A stretch of DNA of 47,731 nucleotides from Seison nebaliae (lineage: Eukaryota), in NCBI GenBank assembly GCA_023231475.1, contig JALJEE010001888.1, positions 1-47,731 on the forward strand, in the 5' to 3' direction. The translations under genes and the position numbers were made by a program. The notes beneath the pieces were generated by a model. The model was not told the DNA's origin. It ran no database searches and worked only from the letters and a program-made list of their open reading frames with translations. Positions 1 through 12,488 of this stretch are shown piece by piece. How positions within the stretch are numbered: position 1 is the first letter of the stretch; each line of letters starts with the position of its first letter.

Positions 1-1
1 T

Positions 2-169
2 ACGTCTCCTTTATCATTTTTCTGTTCATATTACACTCTTCCGAAGCCTACTCGGCTGTTCAATGCAAGAGAATTGATTGATCAATTCTCCGTCGATTAC
101 TTGGTTCCTGATAATCTCAAAAATCAAATACCCAGATGCCGTGAACTAATCCAACGACCAAGGTCGTGA
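2..169 (+). CDS. Probable 3' end of a gene truncated by the window edge (unknown product)
   Basis: Frame 2 is open from the edge (TSPLSFFCSYYTLPKPTRLFNARELIDQFSVDYLVPDNLKNQIPRCRELIQRPRS) to TGA at 167-169, then GC content drops abruptly. No family recognised. Confidence 0.4.
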   Translation, partial: TSPLSFFCSYYTLPKPTRLFNARELIDQFSVDYLVPDNLKNQIPRCRELIQRPRS

Positions 170-230
170 ATTCTTAATTTTTATTTATAATTATATTATA
201 ATTATAATTACCCTATAGGGATTTACATTT

Positions 231-256
231 AAAAAAAAAAAAAAAAAAAAAAAAAA
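231..256 (+). repeat. A26 homopolymer, preceded by palindrome CCCTATAGGG (211-220)
   Basis: Read directly from the sequence. Confidence 0.95.
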
Positions 257-783
257 TTATCTTTGGAAAATCAATCTTTGTTAAATTTCAAAAAATTGTA
301 AATCATTATCATTTTTTCATTCATCTTATTTATTTGCTGAAATCATGTAGATTCCCTTTTTTCCTGCTTCAAACATTATAAACAATCTGATTCTTTATTT
401 GGATAACTATGTTGTCCAAAACTATCTCCTTGTGTAAACGTACTAGCGACAATTTAAGTTAAGATCGATAAAATTGTCAAGGAGAAAAATATATAAAATT
501 TGTTTAACCTAGTCCAACATTTAATGAGAATCGAACGAAAAGTGAATGTCAATTAACTTTAAACTATAAACGAAGCGACGACGGAAACTTAATTTAGGAT
601 AACAAACAGTTTATTTATCCATAAAACTGTTCATGTATTTTTTCCTATTTACTAATTTGATGCTGATAATATTCCGGACATTCATATATGACCACCAATC
701 TAGTCCATGGGTCTAATTTGTTTCAAATTCATTTTACATGTTTAATATTGACCAAGTAATTAATTATTTCATCAAAAAATTTA

Positions 784-856
784 CATCCCTGGTGGGATTC
801 GAACCCACGGCCTTTGGATTAGAAGTCCAACGCGCTATCCACTGCGCTACAGGGAC
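784..856 (-). tRNA. tRNA-Arg(TCT), intronless, 73 nt
   Basis: Reverse complement GTCCCTGTAGCGCAGTGGATAGCGCGTTGGACTTCTAATCCAAAGGCCGTGGGTTCGAATCCCACCAGGGATG. Acceptor stem GTCCCTG/CAGGGAT (G1:U72), anticodon arm TTGGA-CTTCTAA-TCCAA, T-loop GTTCGAATC, and a T6 Pol III terminator just downstream (A-run 774-779 on +). Confidence 0.97.
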
Positions 857-1264
857 CACATATTAAGGAAGAAAAATAAATATATGAAATATAACAAAAT
901 TAGCAAATAAAAAACATTGAGAAATTTAACATCGTTGACGAATTTATCAAAGTTTTTATCCACAAATCTCATTAATCAATTTTTATATCAACTAATTTTC
1001 GTGTGTTCATTTCTTTCTTTTTTATATAATAATCAGCTAAATTTTAGAATTTACACAATTTTAATAAGTTTATCTAAATAATTTATGATGTCGGTCGTTA
1101 GGAATGAAATAAGAATGGCATTCTTTGTTTCCATTGTACATAGTCTGCTCTTTTACATATAGAAGGGCCAGGTGAGGAAACTTGTGACTCTGTTTCTTCG
1201 CGACGTATATACACATAGTCACAAAAAGAGAGAAGCTATTAGAAAACAGAAATTCCCAAGAAAA

Positions 1265-2710
1265 ATGGAAAATTTTGCAGAAAGTCTCAATAAAATTGAA
1301 TCAGCTCGATCGGCGTGTATAATAGGAGAATTTGAAGAATCGAAAAATTTATATCAGGAAGGCATTCGTTTGCTACAAGTTACTCTTGGAAAATATGGAT
1401 CACAAGTTCCCATCGAATCAACGTCGACGATGAAAGAGTTGTTGGTTTTGTGGCGAGAGGAACTTCAACTCATCGACGACCAAGAACAAAAAATTGATAT
1501 TGAACTCAATCGGAATTGTGAGGAATGTTTCCGTAAAGTCAAAACAGAAGATCATCATCGTCTCTCTCAGAAACCGGCGATTGGTGAATTTGATAATTAT
1601 TCGAATAATAAACGAATTCGTCGATTATATGATGCGCCGAAAAAATCGGAAGTGAATAATAATCGATTATTAGCGAAACCGAAAAATTCAAATTTGGGAA
1701 TTGGTGGACGTCCAAAACCACGCTTAACAAGTGGGAAAGGTGAAGGTAAATCATATGAATCAGGTAAAAAGAAGAAAGATGAAACGGAATTCGCACCGAA
1801 AGGTTTCGACAAAGCTCTCGTCGAAGCTTTAGAAGGAGATATTCTCCAAACGAACATCGACGTCAAATTTAACGATATTGCTGGTTGTGAAACGGCGAAA
1901 CGATTATTGGAAGAAGCGATTATTGTTCCCACCGTTCTCAAAGATATTTTCAAAGGAATTCGACGTCCTTGGAGAGGAATTCTCTTAGTTGGTCCTCCTG
2001 GTACCGGTAAAACGATGTTAGCTAAAGCTGTTGCAACGGAATGTAAATCGACATTTTTCAACGTCGGAGCTGCTTCATTAACATCGAAATATCACGGCGA
2101 ATCAGAAAAATGTGTAAAACTTTTATTTTTAATGGCAAGACATTATGCCCCAAGTATCGTGTTTATTGATGAAATCGATTCAGTGTCTGGTAAACGAGGA
2201 AATTCAAATGAACATGAAGCATCGAGAAGAGCTAAATGTCAATTATTGATGGAAATGGATGGAGTCACTTCATCTTCTGATGATCCTTCAAAAGCTGTCA
2301 TCGTATTAGGCGCTACTAATTGTCCATGGGATATCGATGACGCAATGAGAAGACGATTAGAGAAACGTATTTATATTCCACTACCAAATAAAGAGGCTCG
2401 TTTAAATCTTTTAAAAATTAATTTGAAAGAAATTAATTTATCATCAAATGTCGATTTGGATGAAGTTGCTGCCAATTTGGAAGGATACAGTGGAGCAGAT
2501 GTTACTAATATTTGTCGAGATGCTGTTATGATGCCAATTCGAAGGAAATTATCGGAAGTGAAGAGATCGGATTGGCATTTGATTGCGAACGAAAATCCTG
2601 AAACGACGATGGAAGATTTTTTGGCATCCATTCAAGCTATCACGTCGTCAGTTGATGAAGATCAATTATCGAAATATGATGATTGGATGGCGAAATTTAA
2701 AAGTGGATGA
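1265..2710 (+). CDS. KATNA1: Katanin p60 AAA+ ATPase subunit (KATNA1/KATNAL1 family), single exon
   Basis: N-terminal MIT-like helices, Walker A GPPGTGKT, GIRRPWRGILL, pore loop KYHGESEK, Walker B IVFIDEID, EHEASRR, RRRLEKRIYIPLP and a Vps4_C-like tail. First ATG is at 1265 (the ORF track starts at a GTG). Confidence 0.93.
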   Translation: MENFAESLNKIESARSACIIGEFEESKNLYQEGIRLLQVTLGKYGSQVPIESTSTMKELLVLWREELQLIDDQEQKIDIELNRNCEECFRKVKTEDHHRLSQKPAIGEFDNYSNNKRIRRLYDAPKKSEVNNNRLLAKPKNSNLGIGGRPKPRLTSGKGEGKSYESGKKKKDETEFAPKGFDKALVEALEGDILQTNIDVKFNDIAGCETAKRLLEEAIIVPTVLKDIFKGIRRPWRGILLVGPPGTGKTMLAKAVATECKSTFFNVGAASLTSKYHGESEKCVKLLFLMARHYAPSIVFIDEIDSVSGKRGNSNEHEASRRAKCQLLMEMDGVTSSSDDPSKAVIVLGATNCPWDIDDAMRRRLEKRIYIPLPNKEARLNLLKINLKEINLSSNVDLDEVAANLEGYSGADVTNICRDAVMMPIRRKLSEVKRSDWHLIANENPETTMEDFLASIQAITSSVDEDQLSKYDDWMAKFKSG

Positions 2711-2913
2711 CAATTTATTTTATTCATTTTTCCTATTTCTCATAATCATTTTTTAAGTTTTTTTTTCACATTACGAATCTTAAAAACAGTTTATTTAATG
2801 AAAATCAGATTAAATTCCACCCATTTTGAAAATTTTCAATTTATTTTAAACTCGAATAAATTCTCGAGAAATTCAAATGATAAAAGTTTTTTTTTCTTCA
2901 ATAATCATCAATA

Positions 2914-3531
2914 TCATGATGATGGTTCAATTTTTTCCCCATATTTTTTCACTACATAATTCTTCATATCTCCTATCATCAATTCGACTGGTTGTTGACC
3001 TTTGTAAATATCGGCGAATTCTTCGACGATTGTATAATGAAGTTCGAGGTCTTTGTAATTTACCGGTCGATTCATAGACCATACGGCCATATTATAATTC
3101 AATTTATTCTTTGAACTCGAATGTGCCAAAGCGGAAGAAGTTCCACATTTCAGGACATAATTATTCTTCGATGAATGATTCGTATACCATTCACCATCAA
3201 CTAATTTTTTCGTTGTTTTCGACATCATTCGAAAGAGAAATCCTTCGAAATATTTACCTCGTCCAATAATGGCAACTATTTTAAAATAAAATTAAAATTA
3301 AAATTTGAAAATATGAATTTAACCGTTCACTAAAAATGGACCTGATGTTCGTGATTTATCATGGAAAGCAAATATTTGGTATGGTGATGTTTGAGAGGAA
3401 TTCATTGGTCTTATTTTCGCACCATGACCTGGTATACCGTTCCTACAAACGGATTGTGGAAGATGTTTTCCTTTTGGATAAGCATGACTTAAAGACACCA
3501 CGAAAAATAGAATGAGAATGAATTGTTTCAT
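2914..3531 (-). CDS. Secreted Reeler-domain protein (defense-protein-like), 2 exons
   Basis: Signal peptide MKQFILILFFVVSLSHA, then YPKG..VC..GIPGHG..SPYQI. Intron 3276-3323 (GTTAAA..ATAG) joins to VAIIGRGKYFEGFLFR..G.W..C..ALAHS..W..TIV, the Reeler pattern. Confidence 0.8.
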
Positions 3532-3682
3532 ATTCTTTCTTTTTAAATAATTTCTATAATTAATCGAGAACTATTTTTACTTTTTATTTGTGTCTTAAGA
3601 CTGTTAAATGGTAAAGATGTTTAAATGAATGATGTTAAATATTATGAGATGTTGATTAAAAACAAAAGATGATAAAGGTCAG

Positions 3683-5334
3683 TCAAGTTGGAACATCGTC
3701 AGGTAGCGGAGAAGGGGCATGACTATCATTCTTCAACGACGTCATCATATTATTATTAACGATTGACAAGTGATCTCTCTCTTGATGATTATCATCATTG
3801 GATGGATTTTCATTCGTCATTTCCTCAGAAGTTTTCTTCAATTTTAATTTATTCTTCTTATTACGAAATGTCTGTTCGACGTCATCATTTTCTTCAATTC
3901 CCGGAGAGACGAATGTCACTTCCAAATCAACTTGACCAATCTAAAAAAAGAAAATAATATGGAAATTTCAAATTTTAAAAATTATTTAACAATTGATGAT
4001 AATACTTCAACAGCATCTTTATGACGCGCTGTCCTTAAATCGATGTCGTTCACTGAAAGAATTGCGTCACCAACATTCAAATTGTTAGATCGTTTGGCTG
4101 GTCCTCCTTCATGTAATTCTGAAATTAATATTGGTACTCCATGTTCTCTTCCTCCCTACATTAATTTGAAAGTAAATAAATAATAATTAATATTATAATA
4201 AATTATCAAAAAATCAATTATAACTGTTATCGACATTCCGAGACCTTCATCTTTCCATTTGTTTAAAGAGACTCGACGAAGAATTCCGATTTGTTTCTGT
4301 TCTGTCGATTTCATTTGAGATTCGTTGTGTGATTCATTAGCATCAGCTTTCCTTCCATCTCCACCTTCCAATAACATATTTTTGTCATGATCGTCATCTT
4401 CCAATTCCTCATTTACTTCATTCTCAAAATGATCGTCATTTGTTGGTAATCTCTTCGGTCCCTGACAAGCTTTCACAACGGCTTTGTGTCGATGTAAATG
4501 GATTTCTGCTTCCAATTGACACCAAAGACGTTCGTATTCGTCTTTGGGTAAATCGCGACCTAGTAATTGAAGTTGTTGGATACGACCAGCTAATTCCTTA
4601 TCGAGATATCGAGTGGCTAAACGAGAACCGAATAATTCAGCTCGACTTTCATTCAACGAATTTTGAAGCCAATTAATTTTTTTTTTCAAAATTTCATTTT
4701 GTGATTCTAATCGTTTCTTTTGAATTATCGCTGAATTCATTTCTTCTTCCATCTTCTCGTGGATGTCGTTGTCGAATTTCTTCTTCATTTTTTCCGCTTC
4801 CGTCGAATCAATAACGGAAGTTCTATTATGTTTGGGTGAATCGTCTTTAATGGATTGGGTTGGTGAACCGGCTTTATGTAATTGAAGTTGTGCTAAATGT
4901 AATTGAGAGAGAAGTTGTTGGAATTGATGATTAATCGCTTCATTTTTACATTGAATATCAACATTATCTTCCTCCATCGAATGGAGACGAACTTCCAATT
5001 TCGTCGTTGATTGTAAAGTGCTCAATGTTTTGTGTGCTAATTGTGTCCAACTGGAACAAATGGTATTTAAATGATTTCTTATCGTATCGATTAGTTCAGT
5101 GACACCGGAACCTTTTTCGATCGTTTCGTCTAAACCGGCGGCGATGGAAATCGCTTCTAATTCTCCCAACAACAATTCGATATCAACATACGAAGTATCG
5201 AAATCCTGTTCGAGAGTATCTAGCCAACGGAAAGCATTCATCGACGTGGTGATGTCGTTGGCAATCGTTTCGTCGTTTCCTAATCGACTGTTGGAACTGG
5301 TGGATGAAGTGGAAGTTTTATTAGTCTTCTCCAT
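3683..5334 (-). CDS. GOPC: Golgi-associated PDZ and coiled-coil protein (PIST/CAL), 3 exons
   Basis: [13 protein letters not shown]-terminus, [24 protein letters not shown] and [17 protein letters not shown]. The PDZ domain [23 protein letters not shown] is reconstructed across a GTTATA..TAG intron; second intron GTTAAA..TTAG. Confidence 0.93.
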
Positions 5335-5592
5335 TGGACGAGAAATAAAGTGGGAATATTAATGGAATAATCGATAAGAAACAATTATCGAGACATCGGT
5401 TCTGAGAGGACTGAACAAAAATGAAAAATAAAACATCCTCTTCGTTCGGATGTGATAAGATGAATAATTTTATTTTATATGAAATCTTCTCGAATCATTC
5501 ACTTCTTCTTGCTTCTAAATCAACGGCTCACACACTCACATACATATTCGAATGTTCTCTCATTCGTATAGAAAAGTTTAATGTTTCGTGTT

Positions 5593-5600
5593 TGACGTCA
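5593..5600. promoter_or_regulatory. CRE palindrome TGACGTCA upstream of GOPC
   Basis: Exact CREB/ATF consensus about 260 bp upstream of the GOPC ATG. An 8-mer can occur by chance. Confidence 0.3.
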
Positions 5601-6680
5601 CGCACTCCCTCAATTTGCATTTGAGGCAAGATGATATAAAAAGAGATTTCTTCCAAAAAAATAACTTTCTTATTCTGTCAGTGACGATAAGATGAAGTGA
5701 ATTGTCATCTAATTTATTCATATCCATCTGCTATTGTCTCCTTTTTCTCCTCCTCCTCCTCCTCCCCCTCTCACCGAATATTTCATCTAATCAGCATAGA
5801 GCAATGATTTCTATCAACAATTGTTGAAGTGAAAAATAATTAACTTCTGATTATGCAAACTCATAGCAATTAGGGAAAAGTAGAATAGCTACGGAATTCG
5901 TTAGGATTTCGGATAGAAACGAAATCAAATTAAATGATTCTCTCTCTATCTCTAGGAAATCTCTTTACTTCTTCTATAATAAAATGGATATTATAAATTG
6001 AGTTACTTATCTTCATCTAATATTTCTTTCCATCTCAACACTAATTGATGAGATTTTCGGTACAAAACGTCATGTATATTCATTTCACCAACACCAATTT
6101 CTTTGCATATATATTAGTTTGTTTCTCGTCCTCATTTTATTCCAAAATAGTCATACAGAACAAATAAATTTTCTTTTATTTCGAATTACCATTCATTCAT
6201 TCTTAAAATTTGCTTGCTACGATGAAATTACTGGAATTTTATTTTTAATTTGAAATTTATTGTACTCAAAAGTCATCAATATTTTATAACATAGATTTCT
6301 AAATTAGAAATCGGATAAATCATTTTAAGGAAATTGTTCGTAAAGAAGAAAATCATTTAGATTTTGAGGAAAACTAATGAATTTTTTAAATTTACTTTAA
6401 ACTTAATTTAGAACTTTCAATGTTTTATCCAATTTAAGTCAAACTGAAAAAATTAAAAAAGTTCACTGTTCACTATAATTTTTAATATCATCTGACTACG
6501 TTCCATACTATCGGTCGTTGTTCACTTACATTACATGTGATATTAATCGAATAATGTTCTTGTTTGATTAATAATTAGTTGGAATAAAGAGGAATATCAA
6601 AACAAAGACATTAGAACAATTGGGAGAACAAATCAATTGAATAAAAAACTTGATTTTTTTGTAGTAAGAGATTTGGAAAG

Positions 6681-9600
6681 ATGCGTGATCAAAATAGAAA
6701 AATATATGAATCGACAAGTGGAAAGTCATCTGATATACTTGACAGAATATCACACACTACTCCAAGACCGACGGAGAAGCCGACTTGTAGTAAAAACGGA
6801 GCAGATGTCGTACTTATGAATTTGAGTTATCTTCCGAAGAATCCGGCAAATAAATATGTTAAAGATCGATTACAAGAGCGACTTAATAGATGTTCAAATA
6901 AAAAGAATAAATTTATGAATGCTGTTCGTAAATCAGTGCCAATTCATGACACTAAAATTGATCGAATTACTGTTGATAATTGCAAACAGGCTATTACATG
7001 CAACACTATTGATAAAAAATTATGTCCACAAATTGAAGAGAATTCATTTGATATTATACGTGAAGATCATCCGGTAAGAGATAAGTGTAATGATTTTACT
7101 CAATGGAAACGATCATATTTGGTTGAACATTGTGATTTTCAAATAAGGTCACCTCAAATGATGAACGAGAGAGACGAACAATCATCACCAGGTCCCAGCG
7201 GCAGTGTTAGTGGAATGCGTCGTCCCAGTAGTATAGAAGAACTTCGTCGTAATAGTAGTATATCTCCACATGTATTCGCTTATTCGGCGGATCATGGTGG
7301 GCATGTTTATTCTCCACGTTCAAGTGATACACGACGTTCAACAAAATTTTCTCATGAATTACGATCTTCACGTCCTCAACGCCAAACTTTAAATATTCGA
7401 GATTCACTTTTCACTAATGATCACTACAATTCCGAACCGAATGTTGATGGTTATTCGAAACGTCTCACTGGTAATTTACGTCCATCTCGGGTTACTTTTG
7501 GAGATAATTCCACTTATGATCGGAATTATGATTACAATTCTCGACGTCCAAGCGGCAGTTTACGCTCATCTCATTTATCGAATTACTCGTCCGATTATAG
7601 TGTTAATCGTCAATCATCTGTTAATCGCAGTTTACGTCCATCAAATTTTGGTGGTAAGATTTATAGTTCGGACCAAAGTACAAATTTATACTCACAATAT
7701 CCCAAAGGTAGGGCCAGTTCTCCACGATTGTATAGGGCTCAATCATATTCATCTAAATCGAATGGTTATAATTACACACAACAACAACCAACCGGTCCTT
7801 CTGAATCACTTCACTCACAACAACTGGCTGATGGTTTTGGTTATCAATATCAACCCAATAGTACTTTCCACTTAGATCGTCCGAGTAGTAGTATTGGAAC
7901 GGTACACCCGACCAGTAATACGAACTTCGGAGAATTACATCCTAGTGGATTCGCGGGTCAAAGTAGCGGTTTCCCTAGTTCTGGACCTGATATGCAACAA
8001 GGAATTGTTGGTATGTTAGATCATCAAGGTAGTGTTTTCGCTCCTCATCCAAGCGGTAGTCACATGCCACAACAAATGGCGAATTTTGGTTTGGCAGGCC
8101 AAAGTGGTAGTTTTGGAGTTACTGAAAAGAATGGCATTGTTCGTATGTTGGATCAAAAAGGTAGTGTCTTTTTGACGAAGCCTAGTTTTATTACACCTCA
8201 TCAGAATGCTCAGCTTAACGATCAAAGTCAAAGTGATAATTTGGGGGTTGCCCAGAAACACGGCACTGCTTTTATGTTAGATCAAAAGGGTAGTGTTTTT
8301 CAATCACATCCAAGTGGTAATCCTATTCTGCCACATAACAGTGCTCAATTCGGCGAAGCTTCCGACAGTAACACTTTTGCTATGGTCCAAAAAAATGGAA
8401 CAGTTGTAATGTTACATCGGAAGGGCAGCGAATTTCAACCTCATCCAAGTGGAAATATTATGCGACCTCATCAGAGTGCGAAATTAGGAGACACTGACCA
8501 AAGCATGAGCTTGGCTCAAGTTCAAAAAAATGGAACCGTTGTAATGGTAGATCCAAAGGGAAGTGTTTTTCAACCACAACCAAGTGGGAATATTTTAAAA
8601 CCTCATCAAACTGCCAAATTTGGAGAAACTGAGCAAAGTACTAGTTTTGCACAAGTTCAAAAGAATGGGACAGTTCTAATGTTAGACCAAAAAGGAAGTG
8701 TTTTTCAACCACAACCAAGTGGCAATATTCTCAAACCTCATCAGAGTGCTAAATTTGGAGAGACGGAACATAGCACCAGTTTTGCACAAGTTCAAAAGAA
8801 TGGAACCGTTGTAATGGTAGATCAAAAGGGAAGTGTTTTTCAACAACAACCAAGTGGCAATATTTTAAAACCGCATCAGAGTGCCAAGTTTGCTGAGGCG
8901 AATGAACCTAACGACTTAACTACAGCACAAAAAAATGGCACTCTAGTTTTCCAAGATCAGAAGGGTAGTGTTTTCCAACCAAGTCCAAGTAGTAATATGT
9001 TAAGACCACATCAGAGCGCCAAATTTGGAATGGCCAATAAGAGCGTTAGCTTTGCTATAGCTCACAATAATGGTACCCTTCTTATGTTGGATCAAAAAGG
9101 CAGTGTGTTTCAACAACGACCGAGTGGCAAATTTTTAGGACCGCATCAGAGTGAAAAATTTGCAGACGTAACAAAAGAATCCAGTTTCGCCATAGCTCAA
9201 GCTAACGGCACACTTGTAACACTAGATCAAAATTGTAGTGTGGTTGAGTTACAGCCAAGTAATACTGATATTCGACCACACCAAAGTGCTAAATTTGGAA
9301 AAGTGGATGGTCCTGTAGATTTTAATAAAGCTGAGAAAAATGGAACATTAGTTATGATTGATAAAAAAGGAAGCATAATTCAACCACATCCAAGTGGCAT
9401 TCTTATTCGTCCACATCAAAGTGCCACATTTGGACAAGCTAACGAAAGCACTGTTTTTGGATTGGTCCAGAACAATGGCACAGTTATAGTAGTAGATCAG
9501 AAAGGTAGTGTTCTACAACCATATCCAAGCGGGACCATAGTTAAACCGCATCGTAGTGTCAAATTTGGAAAGACGGAAAGTAGTTTTGCGATTGCTCAAA

Positions 9601-12488
9601 AAAATGGTACTCTCGTTATGCTGGACCAAAAAGGTAGTACCTTTAGACCTCGTCCTAGCAGTGCAATGGTTAAACCACATCAAAGTGCTAAATTTGGTTC
9701 CGAAATCACGAAGACTAACTTTGACATTGCTCGTGAAAATAATATTATCATTAAAAAAGGCCAAATTCTTCCAAATAGTAATGTTGGTGTGTCAGGTCAG
9801 AGTGGAAGATACCCCAGTATCACTAATTCATATTTTGGCTTATCACAACCTTCATCTATTCTAGGTTTACAACATCCTAGTGATGACTCAAAAACTTCGA
9901 GCACTGAAAATAGTGCCGGAGACTTAAGTAGCAAAATGGGAATGGGAAGTCTCAGTATAGCAACAGATACCGCACATGGTAGTGGTAGCGCAAGTACAAT
10001 GCGTCCAAGTGATCTTAGTCAATCACAGGGTAGTCGTTGGCAAGATAGTGAAAGTGCTGCAGATCAAAGTAAATCGAGGAAAAGTATTGGAACGCTTCCA
10101 AACCCTAATGCGGATATGAATCAAATTATACAAGGGTCCAGCGCACAGTTGAATGACTTCAGTAAACAAGAAGTGAGTCGTGCAAATGCTGATATATCTG
10201 ATGAACCACGCAGATTAACAAATGTCCATCAACAAAGTGCTAAACCCAAACCAATTAGTGTAGCAGGAGGAAGTAAAAGTGGAAAATCATATATCCAAAA
10301 AACACCCGGTTCATCTAGAACTCAACGAGTTATCATTCAACCACCTTCCAGAGGTTCCAAATTTAGTAACGATATCTCTCGAGGACCATTAGGTCGATCA
10401 AGAGGTTATCCAAGTAAATCACAGACAAGAGCTTTTACTTCTGCACCACCAGATTATCATGAAAATATTATTTCCATTGCTAATCGTGATTCTTCACCAT
10501 CTATGAAGACAGGTAGTAGTAGACCTACCAACTGTTCTTCATTTAGAGATCCCAGTTCGGCCTATAACCAAGGTAGTTTATCAACACCATCAAAGAAGTC
10601 GACATATCTAAAACCACACATTTTTAGTAAACGAAGTCACATTCCACAATTCAATATGTATGCCCAACCAACCAAATATGTTAGTAGAGAACGATGTGAA
10701 TCTCCATGTTCTCCTCGACCCAGATCTCCGAACGATTATTTAGTTGAATTTTCCAAAGCTACCAGACCATTAACAACAATACAAGTATATTCTAAAACTT
10801 CATAGTGAACTTCAATAACTAATAACCTCTATATTTAAGCCTGTACCGCAAAAAAATTGCGTGAAAATTGAACCAACGATATGTCAACCGATGCCAAATA
10901 TTAAGTATGAAGCTTTTTATCTACCTCAAACAGTTTAGCTCAAAAAATTTTAATACTCTAATTTTTACTTCGATTATAAATCATGATGATTTTTGAATTT
11001 TAGTCTCCACCTCCGGCAACACCACCACCCAAACCAGTAGAAAAAAAGGAATCGGCAACCGATTTTGCGATGGAATTATTATACGAAGCAACGTCAGTTT
11101 GAATTGTTTATTCCGTTCAATGTTCATGATAAGATTTAGATGCATAATCGAGAGAGTGCTATGGAACAATTAAGAGAGAGATCCGAAAGATTATTAGAAC
11201 TAGCTTCACATGCAAAAGGAGCCGAAAGAGAAAGTCTGATGGCAGATATTCAAAATTTAATGAGAATTTATGAACGAGAAATTAGTCGTCCTAGTAGTGT
11301 TATCTTAAATTATGTTTCCGACGGTAATTTAAAATGATGAATTATATTCAGCATTTTTCTTCAGTAGACACTAAAGTGAAATTTAGTATGCAGCATGCCG
11401 AAGATTTTAATGGGAGATCAAATTCAAACTTGAATCTGGTGCGTAATATTAATAATAAACTACTTCTTTTGAATGATGCCGAACTTCGTTCCACAACATC
11501 TGGAGCTATAGCAAGAGTTCAAATTTTAAGATTACTGTTAAATTTAATTTAAAATTCATTCAATAGAAATTTTCATCCGTGTATTATCCGACAGCCGCTA
11601 ATGCGGTAGACGGAGAAGCATCTCATCGTAAATTGAAACAACCGGAACTCTTGGATAGACCGGAAGTAATGAATACTATTCTAAATGAAATAAAACTCTT
11701 AGAAGAGGAAGTATCGGATAATGAAAGAATTGAAGTTTTCATTTTTAATTCTTCCAAATCGACTGAACTCATTAAAATACTTATAGTTTGATCGAATAAA
11801 TAGTATGAGATTGGTAAATCCAAAAATGAGGACACAATCCCAATTTCTATTAGGCCATATTCAGAAAGAAACGACAGCCGAATTACAATTCTTAGATAAT
11901 ATCAATGATTTAGTTGAACTCGTTAAATGTCTTTATTCAATTCGGATATTTTCATAATTATTCTTGAAATCTTCCCAGGAGAAACAACAATTGGAAGATG
12001 ATAATAGTAAACATCAACTTAATGGATTCATCGACTCAAATGTGATTACTCCAGAAATGACAGTGAGAGAATTAATTATGATGTTAGGAAGCAAATCTCA
12101 AGAGGGGACGAATCCGATTGCATTAAGATTACAAATTGCATCAACAATGCAAGAAGCTTTCGCGCACAACTTACCACTGATGCATGTGCTAATGGATAAG
12201 ATGAAGAGATTCTGCATTTGTCCCGAAGAAATAAATAATGCGAGGATGAATCCATTTATGTCCACCAAAATTAAAGGTAACATACAATTCGGTGGTGCAG
12301 GTGGACGGATGGAGAAAGTCGTCTATTCGAAAAACTCGTTTGGCAATTACGCTTTGATCGAAGGTCAACAAAAACCGATGAGTGTGAAAGAAATGAAAGG
12401 TGTGTTACATTCAATGAAGAAACAAGGTATTGACGGACTCCGATTACTTGACGATAATGAAGTTTTTATTATAAAGAAAAACGATTAA
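6681..12488 (+). CDS. Large orphan protein (~1,800 aa): Ser/Arg-rich region, 13 x 45-aa tandem repeats, helical C-terminal region; about 8 exons
   Basis: The 1374-aa ORF continues through 7 short GT-AG introns (after ..TTIQ, ..LPQT, ..YEATS, ..VSD, ..AIAR, ..ERIE, ..LVEL). These join ORF-track pieces 11140, 11334, 11579 and 11964 in frame to TAA at 12488. Confidence 0.75.
7995..9731 (+). repeat. Coding tandem repeat, 13 units of ~135 bp/45 aa
   Basis: Consensus QKNGTVVMLDQKGSVFQPxPSGNILKPHQSAKFGExxxSxSFAxA/V. Unit starts at 8523, 8658 and 8793 are exactly 135 bp apart. Confidence 0.95.

Noticed and set aside
1182..1224. Inverted repeat TTGTGACTCTGT/ACATAGTCACAA whose 3' arm resembles miR-153 (CATAGTCACAAAA)
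   Set aside because: The seed region differs (ACACATAG vs TTGCATAG), the stem is only about 12 bp, and it abuts the katanin start; not supportable as a miRNA.
1172..1264. GTG-initiated N-terminal extension of katanin, and other GTG/TTG ORF starts
   Set aside because: This is a eukaryotic locus. Homology starts at ATG 1265, and non-ATG starts elsewhere are artefacts of internal exons.
5624..5633. AGGCAAGATG, matching the 5' end of miR-31
   Set aside because: No complementary star arm or precursor hairpin follows.
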